Source: Bacillota bacterium
GTDB taxonomy: Bacteria; Bacillota; Sulfobacillia; JAJYWN01
Assembly: GCA_021791495.1 (NCBI GenBank)
Contig: JAJYWN010000011.1
Location: 1,015 to 65,014, forward strand
Reading direction: 5' to 3'
Length of the DNA: 64,000 nt
The notes beneath the pieces are model-generated. The model was not told the DNA's origin. It saw only the letters and a program-made list of their open reading frames with translations, and ran no database searches. Both the position numbers and the translations under genes were made by a program. Positions 27,139 to 34,416 of this stretch are shown here, piece by piece. Within the stretch, counting starts at the first letter, position 1. Each line of letters starts with the position of its first letter.

Positions 27139-28998
27139 CTACCGCGAGCGGGCCTTCACCGTGCCGCGCCCGGCGCGTCCGGGGTAGACACCTTCCTCCG
27201 GAGAGCCGAGAAGCCCGGCGTAGATGGCCTCCGGCAGGACGCCGACGCGCGCCACCCGCGTCAAGACGTCTTCGACACCGGCCACCATCTCCGACGCCCA
27301 TCGGGTGGCCGCGGCTGTTGGCTCGATGCGGGACTGGCCGAAGAACCGGAAAGCCTCGGCGGCCGCCGTCAAGGTGTCCAACCGCGCCGCCGCGGTGATG
27401 GCGCCGCCGCTATAGGCCTCATCGGCGGAGGCGATGGTCACCGCCTCGACTCCCAGGCAAGCCGCCAGGGCGGCATGCAGGGCGGTGGACACCGACGACT
27501 GGACGCGGTCTTCCGTCTGGGTCAGGAAACCCACCGGCGCCCCGGGCCAGATGGGGGCATCGATGATCTGCCGGAGGGCCATGACTTTGGCGGCGTTGAA
27601 GTCGACGTAGTTATCGGCCATCTGACCACCGAGCATCACTTCCGGAGAGTAACAGAACAGGGGCTGCAGGACCGGCCGCCCGCCGAGGGCGACGCCCATG
27701 GCGACGGTGGCCAACATCCCAGCCATGGCTTTGTGCGCCGGGACCCCCGACAGCTCCTCATTTGTCACGACGTCGAAAGGAAGACCGTAGCGTGCCGCGT
27801 AGGTCATGGCGGCGTACGCGTCCACCGTCAGCCTGGACGGTTCTGTGCCGGCTCCCAAGGAACCGTAGGCGATATTGATCTTGGTCAGGTCCGCCCCGGC
27901 CACGGCCGCCAAGAGCACCGTCTCGGGCGTGTTCAGACCACGGTGGGCCCTTACCTGCCAGAGGAGGTCGGGCCCGGCGGCCCGCCGCAGGGCCTGGAGG
28001 TTCTCCAAGGTCACCACCGTGCCATCATGTTCGTGAGACAAGAGACCGCTGGGCAGCCCCTCTGTCCGCGCCGCCCAGGAGGGGTCGAAGTGGACCACTC
28101 CCCCCGCTCCCCACTGGCGTACCGCCTGGATATGGGCGGCATCCATGAGCGGGCATCCAGTGCCGTACTGGACGAAAACGGTGGGCTTACCCTCTGGTCC
28201 GGACAGGGGTGACCGCTCCGGCGCGGCGTAAGCCCGCTCCGGCGAAAGAAAGCTCTCTTCGTGCGCCGTGAGGTAGCGGGTATGTTCGGGGGCGCTTTTC
28301 TCCTTGGCAGCCAAGCGGACCGGCTCATCGCAAAGCTCGAGGTACAGTTCCCGGTTCCGTCCCGCTTGGGCGGGGTCGTCCAGGATGGCCCGGCGCAGTT
28401 CCGCGCGCTCCACACCGGGGCTGGTCCGCCCCGCGGCCCAGGACAGGGTCTGAGACGCCACCGTGTGGGCCAGTTCGCCGATGGCCTCGTGCCGGAACTG
28501 GTAGCCAAACCCAGCCGTGAGGTCGCGGCGCCGCGGGGGCGCCTGCCCGGCGGCGGTACCGGACAGCGGGCGCGGGGACTTGCCATCGATATACAGGAGG
28601 ACCATCTCGGGGGTGGTGCCGGGGCCGAAGCAGGCGTCAAACCCAAGTTCGGCCGCGAGTCCGTCGCGCACAGCCATGCCGCCGATCACCAGTTTCGTGG
28701 CGGGACGCAGTCCCGCGGCCTCCATCATGTCGGCCAACCGTCCCAGGAGTTCCGCGGTCCCATATCCCACGGTACGCCCGATCAAGGTGAACTCAGGACG
28801 GTATTCGGAGGCTGCCCGGACGACTTCTTCCAGGGTACGGTCGGGAGGCAAGAGCATGGTCTGATGGCCGGCGGCGTTCAGCGCCCGCCGGATGACTTTG
28901 AGACCGATATCGTGGACGGGGTCGAGCGGGACCAGCAGGACCCGGCGCGGTCTATCGGCCAGATAGGATGGGTTTACTGTGGAATAGGGCTGAGTCAC
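27139..28998 (-). CDS. adenosylcobalamin-dependent mutase homologue: N-terminal B12-binding domain (DxHxxG) fused to a GlmE-like large domain
   Basis: N-terminus aligns with the glutamate mutase S subunit: VLLVPLDPVHDIGLKV ... KLVIGGMAV ... GFDACFGPGTTPE (compare GlmS IVLGVIGSDCHAVGNKI ... LFVGGNIV ... GFDRVYPPGTSPE). C-terminal blocks QVRAHRGLNTPET and INIAYGS recall GlmE (QARHGTPD, ISYNVPY). Likely GTG start at 28998 (GGAGGAGG 10 nt upstream) forming GTGA with the upstream ORF stop. Confidence 0.72.
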   Translation of the reverse strand: MTQPYSTVNPSYLADRPRRVLLVPLDPVHDIGLKVIRRALNAAGHQTMLLPPDRTLEEVVRAASEYRPEFTLIGRTVGYGTAELLGRLADMMEAAGLRPATKLVIGGMAVRDGLAAELGFDACFGPGTTPEMVLLYIDGKSPRPLSGTAAGQAPPRRRDLTAGFGYQFRHEAIGELAHTVASQTLSWAAGRTSPGVERAELRRAILDDPAQAGRNRELYLELCDEPVRLAAKEKSAPEHTRYLTAHEESFLSPERAYAAPERSPLSGPEGKPTVFVQYGTGCPLMDAAHIQAVRQWGAGGVVHFDPSWAARTEGLPSGLLSHEHDGTVVTLENLQALRRAAGPDLLWQVRAHRGLNTPETVLLAAVAGADLTKINIAYGSLGAGTEPSRLTVDAYAAMTYAARYGLPFDVVTNEELSGVPAHKAMAGMLATVAMGVALGGRPVLQPLFCYSPEVMLGGQMADNYVDFNAAKVMALRQIIDAPIWPGAPVGFLTQTEDRVQSSVSTALHAALAACLGVEAVTIASADEAYSGGAITAAARLDTLTAAAEAFRFFGQSRIEPTAAATRWASEMVAGVEDVLTRVARVGVLPEAIYAGLLGSPEEGVYPGRAGRGTVKARSR

Positions 28999-29315
28999 CT
29001 TGCGCCCGCCTCCTCCAACCAAGGATAGGGGACGCCGGGCCGGTTGAGGTACGCACGGGCCCGCACCCTTGCCACTCCCCCGCGGTGCTCAGCGGAAACG
29101 ACGTCGGCGTCGGCGAACCCAAGGCCGCGCAAAAGCTGCAGAATGAGCCTCCTTGCTTCGGCCTCGTCCCGGCAGAAAAGGCACGTTTCGACATCTATAG
29201 CATCCAACACGGCGGCCGCGGCCGCCGCGGCCCCGTCCGGCAGGCCGTCGCGCTCGACCGGGGTGGCCACCGGTGCGTCCGCCCTTGGCAAATCCCTTCT
29301 GGTGTGTCCGTCCAT
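28995..29315 (-). CDS. small hypothetical protein translationally coupled to the mutase gene
   Basis: ATG at 29315 is preceded by AAAGAGGG. Its stop TGA overlaps the mutase GTG start (GTGA). 106 aa with an Ala-run and a CLFC motif. Confidence 0.5.
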   Translation of the reverse strand: MDGHTRRDLPRADAPVATPVERDGLPDGAAAAAAAVLDAIDVETCLFCRDEAEARRLILQLLRGLGFADADVVSAEHRGGVARVRARAYLNRPGVPYPWLEEAGAR

Positions 29316-29358
29316 GGCTGACCCTCTTTCACTCATCACTGATGAGTCGCTACCGGCG

Positions 29359-29415
29359 AAAAAAAAGGACCGCCCTTAGAGTCTGGCCGACCCCTTCGGA
29401 TCGCCGGTCCTTTTT
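29359..29415. terminator. bidirectional intrinsic terminator (A8-GGACCG...CGGTCC-T5) at the 3' end of gntR
   Basis: Plus strand: AAAAAAAAGGACCG-[32 nt incl. small CCGA/TCGG hairpin]-CGGTCCTTTTT. On the minus strand the stem is followed by 8 U. The stem overlaps the last codons of the GntR gene. Confidence 0.6.
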
Positions 29416-30182
29416 CCGCCGCCGTCTTCGCCGTCTCCGTCTCCGCCGGCCACGTCCAACTGGTCATAGTACTTCCGAACGTCGGCAATGAGGTTCTCGA
29501 TGTGCTTCACCATGGCCTGCTCCGCCGCTATTTCGTCCTGCTGGCGGATGGCCTCCATGATCTTCGCGTGGTCGGCCACGATGGTGCTGTGGAGCGTCTT
29601 TCTGATGAACTCCAGGGCCGGCGTCAGTTGGCTATCCTGCCTGATCAGTTCATTGGCTGCCAGGAGGACGCGGTTGCCGGCCGCCTGGGCGATGACGCGG
29701 TGGAACAGAGCGTCGTCTTCGGTGGCGACCTCGCCCGACTGAACGTGCACGGCCTGGCTGGCCAGGGCCTGTGCCAGGTCGGCCAGTTGGGCGTCGGTCC
29801 GGTGGTGGGCAGCCAGTCTGGCTGTTTCTCTTTCGATGGCGCGACGCGCGACCAACACCTCCAGGAGTTCCTCGCGGGTCCGGGCGCGCAGGGCGCCCAG
29901 GAACTCGGAACCCGAAGAGGCCAGACGGCGCTCGCTTTCCAGCTCCGTCAGCCGGTTCTTCCCCTGAGCCGTCAGGCGCCGACCACGGAACCCAAGGCGC
30001 TCGGTGAGGCCTTCCCGGTCCAGGTCCCGCAGTATGCGGCCGACCGTGGCCTCGCTCAACTCCAGGCCCGACGTCCGGAGGTGTTCGGCCAGCGCCCAAG
30101 ACCCCAAGAGGCCGTCGCCCGAAGCATTGATCGCCCGCAAGATCTCGTAGACTCCCGTATCCCGCCCTGCCAGCATGTCCAC
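29376..30182 (-). CDS. GntR-family transcriptional regulator (FadR-like, FCD effector domain)
   Basis: N-terminal winged HTH (EATVGRILRDLDREGLTERLGFRGRRL), C-terminal all-helical FCD-like domain, Gly/Asp-rich tail. Confidence 0.8.
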   Translation of the reverse strand: MDMLAGRDTGVYEILRAINASGDGLLGSWALAEHLRTSGLELSEATVGRILRDLDREGLTERLGFRGRRLTAQGKNRLTELESERRLASSGSEFLGALRARTREELLEVLVARRAIERETARLAAHHRTDAQLADLAQALASQAVHVQSGEVATEDDALFHRVIAQAAGNRVLLAANELIRQDSQLTPALEFIRKTLHSTIVADHAKIMEAIRQQDEIAAEQAMVKHIENLIADVRKYYDQLDVAGGDGDGEDGGGKRTGDPKGSARL

Positions 30183-30396
30183 CCCCCGGTCGGGCGAAAA
30201 CCGCCCGGTACTATGGCCGCCGTTGCTCCCGCCCCAGCCAATCCAGGACGAAAAACAAAGAGATTAGGAAAAGCAGAGCCCCCAGATCGCGCAACGCTCC
30301 CTGGGAACCAGCGGAAACCGGCGACCAACCCATTCTCAGGACCTCCCCGGTCGAAACGCGTAACAATATATGCGCTCCCGACCGGAGAGGTACGAT

Positions 30397-30706
30397 CTTG
30401 ATGGGGGCCGCACCCTTCGCCGCCCGAACGCTTCGTCGGGCACAGCCCGACTGCGCTGGCGGCTGCGGGACCCCGGCCCCCATACCCCCTTCTTCTTGAT
30501 GGGGGCCGCACGAGCCTGCTGAGGGCCGCACCCTTCGCCGCCCGAACGCTTCGTCGGGCACAGCCCGACTGCGCTGGCGGCTGCGGGACCCCGGCCCCCA
30601 TACCCCCTTCTTCTTGATGGGGGCCGCACCCTTCGCCGCCCGAACGCTTCGTCGGGCACAGCCCGACTGCGCTGGCGGCTGCGGGACCCCGGCCCCCATA
30701 CCCCCT
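30397..30706. repeat. tandem array of three ~98-bp highly structured GC-rich repeat units (one unit with a 20-bp internal insertion)
   Basis: Unit: TGATGGGGGCCGCACCCTTCGCCGCCCGAACGCTTCGTCGGGCACAGCCCGACTGCGCTGGCGGCTGCGGGACCCCGGCCCCCATACCCCCTTCTTCT. Terminal inverted repeat ATGGGGGCCG/CGGCCCCCAT with internal hairpins CCCGA-ACGCTTCG-TCGGG and GTCGGG-CACAG-CCCGAC. Located in the 3' UTR of the SelA-like gene, upstream of gntR. Confidence 0.85.
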
Positions 30707-30714
30707 TCCTAAAT

Positions 30715-32175
30715 CTAGAGCAATCCAGCGTGCTTGGCGATGATGTTCATCAACGCGACCAGGCCTTTCAGCGCCAGACGCATCTTGTCTTCGTTCAGAG
30801 AACCGTCGGGCTCTGAAGTGCCCATGCCTGGTGAGATGAAGATGTTACCGTCATAGGCGATGGTCGGAACGATGCCCATCTGGGCGCACCCGGTCTGCAA
30901 CAAGTGCGACCCGGCGTACATGTCCTCGATGGAGAAGATCGGGAAGCCCATCCCCGAGCCCTTCCAGGTGTTCTCGTAGTTGACTTCCACGGTGGTGGAG
31001 TTATAGGACTTGGTCACCACCAGACCATCCCGGACCACCTTCGGCAACCCCTTGAGTTCCTCCTGAACCATGTTGTAGAGCCGGTCCACGGGGTCGGTCA
31101 GGATCCGCGGGTTGTCCCGGAGTACTTTCAGGGCCACCACCTGAGTGAGGAGGGCTTCTTTCCCGGGGTCCTGAGTGACGTAGGCCGCCTTACCGTAAGA
31201 AGCCAAGGTCCCCCACCGATCACCGTGCATCCCCAAAGCGCGGCGGATGGTGACCATCACTTCCTCGCGCCCGATAATGAGGCCGCTAGTGGCCGAGCCG
31301 GTGGCCTTGTCCATACTGTAGACGATGACGTCGGCGTTGATCTTCCGCGGATCGGTCCCGACGAAGGGGAGCCCCCAGGCGTTATCGACGATGTAGGGGA
31401 CGTTATAGTCGTGGGCCAGCTCGCCGATGTACGCCTGGAGGGCGGGCGCGCCGTCCTCGTTCTTTACCCCGTAACCGTAGCCCGGCGTGTCGTAACCGAG
31501 GGAGGCGAAACCGGTGACCAGGTCGGCGTGGACGTCGGCTGTAGCGGCCAGGCGCTCGATACTCTCCTCCGGGTCCACGTCCACCAGCATGGGGACGGGC
31601 CAGTATTTGATGCCGTGGTTGTCGTAACGGGCCCCGGCCAGCGGAACCACGACGACGTCCAGGTTATTCTGGCGTTTCCCGTAGAACCCCATTTCGCCCG
31701 CGGTGGCGCCGCGGTCGGCCAGGAAGTCCTTGTACTTCGGAGGGAAGGGGCGTCCGTAGCCGGCCTGATGGTGCATGTGCTTCTCGTAAGGGGCGATGTA
31801 GCGCGCCCGATAGTTATCGCCGCGTCCGGTGAACGGCGGCGTGCAAAGGGTGTCGAAAGAGACCCACAGGCCCGCCTCGCAGGTATTCAGGGGCGCGGCG
31901 TCCCACTCGTCACCGTAGACGTCCTTCACGATCTCCCGGACCTGCTCCACCAGAGTGGCGAGAGGAATCACCTCCTGGGCGCCCTTCTCGCTGGCGGCCA
32001 GGATATCGTCGCGCAACGGGGCCGGGTTGCCGGAGATGGCGCCGGTCAGGCCAAACTTGCCCTTCAGGCCCGGGGCGATGCCCAGTTCCTCCGCCGCCTT
32101 TCGGGCTTCCGCATAGATCTGCGCCGTGTTCGCCTGCAGGTGTTTATACAGTTGGTAGCGGTACTTGAAAGCCAT
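30715..32175 (-). CDS. SelA/DgaE-like fold-type-I PLP-dependent enzyme (putative ammonia-lyase/transferase)
   Basis: Lys-containing block VYSMDKATGSATSGLIIGREEVM parallels SelA [22 protein letters not shown]. 486 aa; good RBS GAGAGGAGAA. Confidence 0.6.
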   Translation of the reverse strand: MAFKYRYQLYKHLQANTAQIYAEARKAAEELGIAPGLKGKFGLTGAISGNPAPLRDDILAASEKGAQEVIPLATLVEQVREIVKDVYGDEWDAAPLNTCEAGLWVSFDTLCTPPFTGRGDNYRARYIAPYEKHMHHQAGYGRPFPPKYKDFLADRGATAGEMGFYGKRQNNLDVVVVPLAGARYDNHGIKYWPVPMLVDVDPEESIERLAATADVHADLVTGFASLGYDTPGYGYGVKNEDGAPALQAYIGELAHDYNVPYIVDNAWGLPFVGTDPRKINADVIVYSMDKATGSATSGLIIGREEVMVTIRRALGMHGDRWGTLASYGKAAYVTQDPGKEALLTQVVALKVLRDNPRILTDPVDRLYNMVQEELKGLPKVVRDGLVVTKSYNSTTVEVNYENTWKGSGMGFPIFSIEDMYAGSHLLQTGCAQMGIVPTIAYDGNIFISPGMGTSEPDGSLNEDKMRLALKGLVALMNIIAKHAGLL

Positions 32176-32243
32176 AGCCCATTCTCCTCTCTGCCTTGGC
32201 CCGGCCCGGCTCCCTACCGACCATTCCGATCCGGGCTTGCACT

Positions 32244-32708
32244 CTAACTACGGACGGCCACGATCATCTCTACTTCACAAGCGGTGTCCAAGGGCAACTC
32301 GTTGGAGCCCACGGCGGCCCGGGCGTGCTTCCCCTTGTCCCCGAAAGCGGCGACGAGGAGTTCGGAGGCGCCGTTGATGACCTTGGGTTGCGCGTTGAAG
32401 CCGTCGGCACTGTTCACAAAGCCGGTAACCTTGACGACGCGTTCCACCCTATCGAGGTCGCCGATCTCCGCCTTCAGCACCGCCAGGCAGTTGAGGGCGC
32501 AGACGCGCGCCGCCTCATATCCCTGTTCCACGGTGAGATCGCTGCCGATCTTGCCTTTGTACTTCAACTCACCCGCCACCGTGGCGATCTGGCCGGCCGT
32601 AAAGACGAGGTTTCCGACGCGAACGGCCGGTACGTAGGCCGCCAAGGCTTTCGGAGCGTCCGGAACGGTCAAACCCAACTTCTCCAAGTTCTTTTCTACT
32701 TGCGACAT
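32244..32708 (-). CDS. ridA: RidA/YjgF-family reactive-intermediate (enamine/imine) deaminase
   Basis: 154 aa with YjgF/chorismate-mutase-like fold blocks (VRVGNLVFTAGQIA, ARAAVGSNELPLDTACEVEMIVAV). Confidence 0.85.
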   Translation of the reverse strand: MSQVEKNLEKLGLTVPDAPKALAAYVPAVRVGNLVFTAGQIATVAGELKYKGKIGSDLTVEQGYEAARVCALNCLAVLKAEIGDLDRVERVVKVTGFVNSADGFNAQPKVINGASELLVAAFGDKGKHARAAVGSNELPLDTACEVEMIVAVRS

Positions 32709-32737
32709 GGTTTTCTAGGGGTCCCCTCCTGTCTTAG

Positions 32738-33181
32738 CTATAGCCCGCTGATGGTCACTGGATCTTCCACCCGCAGGCCCAACTCCTCGCCGGACAGGCG
32801 CTCACCGGTCCGGATCACGATGTTCAGATGGTTCGGGGCGTGAGTCTCGTCGAACCCCACCACGGTGCCGGCGGTCTTGCCACCGATGTGGACGGCGTCC
32901 CCGCACACCACCACGCCCCCCCGGACGAACTCGACGAAGCCTAAGTAGTGGATCCGATCGACCGTGCTGCCCGGAGCGGCATCATCTTCGGAAGTCGCGA
33001 TGAACTCGTGTACATCCCCCGTTTTCACCGTCCGCGAGATGGTCTGGATGAGGTGCAGGCCGCGATCCTCCATGCTCCCCCGGAGTACAGCCACCAACTT
33101 GCCGTTAAGTGGTCGCTTAGCTGCGTACGGGCTCTTCGTGAAGGCGCGGCGGCCGTATGGGTCGTTGGCCGACTCCACCAT
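32738..33181 (-). CDS. hypothetical small protein, possibly PTS-IIA(glucitol)-like fold
   Basis: 147 aa; segments GDAVHIGGKTAGTVVGFDE and NHLNIVIRTGE are reminiscent of SrlB-like proteins. Weak call. Confidence 0.4.
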   Translation of the reverse strand: MVESANDPYGRRAFTKSPYAAKRPLNGKLVAVLRGSMEDRGLHLIQTISRTVKTGDVHEFIATSEDDAAPGSTVDRIHYLGFVEFVRGGVVVCGDAVHIGGKTAGTVVGFDETHAPNHLNIVIRTGERLSGEELGLRVEDPVTISGL

Positions 33182-33280
33182 GGTCTTGGTCTGTCCTCCC
33201 CTGAATCCTACTCATCAGTGATGAGCGCCATGATGGACATTCTGCCCATCCTAGGCGATTCCTTCTACCGAAAAGGCCTT

Positions 33281-33829
33281 CTAGCCAAAAATCCATCCGC
33301 AAACAAGAATCGCCGCGATAAACCCGACCGCATCACCGATGAGCCCGACGGGCAACGCGTATCGCGGGTCCCGCACCCCTACGGACCCGAAGTACAAGGT
33401 GAGGACGAAGAAGGTGGTGTCGGAACTCCCCTGCACCACGGCGGCGAGCCGCGAAACGAAGGCGTCGGCTCCGTGAGTCTTCATGACTTCACCTACCAGA
33501 CCCAGGGTGGCAGATCCCGACAAAGGGCGGAGGAGGACGACGGGGATGACGTCGGCGGGGATGTGGAACAAGGTGGTGAAAGGCGAGATGGCGCGCGCCA
33601 GGAGGTCGAATAACCCGGAGGTGCGGAACATTCCGACGGCCATGAAGATGGCCAGGACAAAGGGGAAGATGCGCAGGGCGATGGCTAGGCCTTCCTCGGC
33701 GCCCTCGATGAAGGTTTCGTAGACTTTCACACCTTTCAGGTATCCGTACAAGGGAATGCCCGCCAGGATGACCGGGAGAAGCCATTGCGCCAATAGGTTG
33801 ATGACGGCCATCGCTTGCCCCTCCCTCAC
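33281..33829 (-). CDS. spmB: spore maturation protein B (nucleoside-recognition/Gate-domain membrane protein)
   Basis: 182 aa with 4-5 TM helices; same size and order as B. subtilis spmA-spmB. The alternative reading is a YjiG-like transporter half. Confidence 0.65.
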   Translation of the reverse strand: MREGQAMAVINLLAQWLLPVILAGIPLYGYLKGVKVYETFIEGAEEGLAIALRIFPFVLAIFMAVGMFRTSGLFDLLARAISPFTTLFHIPADVIPVVLLRPLSGSATLGLVGEVMKTHGADAFVSRLAAVVQGSSDTTFFVLTLYFGSVGVRDPRYALPVGLIGDAVGFIAAILVCGWIFG

Positions 33830-34416
33830 TTCCTCCGCCGGGCGTGCCGGCGGGCCATGGCACTATTGGCCATCAAGGTGGCGGCCGTGCCACAGAGGCT
33901 GGCGAAAACCGAAGGGCCCACAATGTCCATGGGATTGGCGGCACCCGAAGCCAGACGCAGGGCGATCAAGGAGGCCGGCACCAAGGTGACAGACTGCGTC
34001 ACCAAGGCCATGAAAGTGATCATCGACTTCGAGGCCACCGCCTTGTCCTCGGCCAGTTCAGACAGGCCGGCCATGGCCTTCAACCCGAAGGGGGTCGCGG
34101 CGTTGCCTAGACCGAGGAGGTTCGCGCTGACGTTCAGGACGATGGCCCCCAGCACCGGGTGATCGCGTGGTATCTCCGGGAAGAGCCGCGCCGTCAAAGG
34201 TGCCAGAGCGCGGGCGATGAGATGGACCAGGCCCGACTTCTCGGCGATCTTCATCAGCCCCATCCACAGGCAGAGCACGCCGGTGAGGCCCAACACCAGG
34301 TCCACGGCCGAGCGGCCCGAGGCCATGGCCGCGGCCGTCACTTCATTGACCTGGCCACGCGCGCCGCCGTAAATCACCGCCGACACGATGAGGAAAAGCC
34401 AAATCACGTTTAACAA
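33826..34416 (-). CDS. spmA: spore maturation protein A (nucleoside-recognition/Gate-domain membrane protein)
   Basis: 196 aa membrane protein (B. subtilis SpmA is 196 aa); overlaps spmB by 4 nt. Confidence 0.65.
   Translation of the reverse strand: MLNVIWLFLIVSAVIYGGARGQVNEVTAAAMASGRSAVDLVLGLTGVLCLWMGLMKIAEKSGLVHLIARALAPLTARLFPEIPRDHPVLGAIVLNVSANLLGLGNAATPFGLKAMAGLSELAEDKAVASKSMITFMALVTQSVTLVPASLIALRLASGAANPMDIVGPSVFASLCGTAATLMANSAMARRHARRRK

Noticed and set aside
26806-28212. 468-aa plus-strand ORF antisense to the P-loop and mutase genes.
   Set aside because: Gly/Arg/Asp-rich low-complexity translation, antisense to a translationally coupled operon.
29337-29368. Hammerhead-ribozyme-like core on the plus strand: CUGAUGA-[GUCG-CUAC-CGGC]-GAAA, followed by a long GGACCG/CGGTCC stem ending UUUUUC.
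   Set aside because: No stem I partner exists: the 5' flank is ACTCATCA, not a complement of the 3' flank. The CUGAUGA is simply one arm of the 17-bp palindrome. The long stem is the gntR intrinsic terminator. The pattern is fully explained by those two elements.
30056-30699. ORFs of 162-181 aa with repetitive translation inside the tandem-repeat region.
   Set aside because: These are artefacts of translating the 98-bp tandem repeat. They show repeated peptide blocks and have no RBS.
30397-30706. Possible CRISPR array.
   Set aside because: The repeats are directly abutting ~98-bp units with no unique spacers. No cas genes are in the window.
30904-32247. 447-aa plus-strand ORF antisense to the SelA-like gene.
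   Set aside because: Antisense, no motifs. The minus-strand gene has an RBS and a PLP motif.
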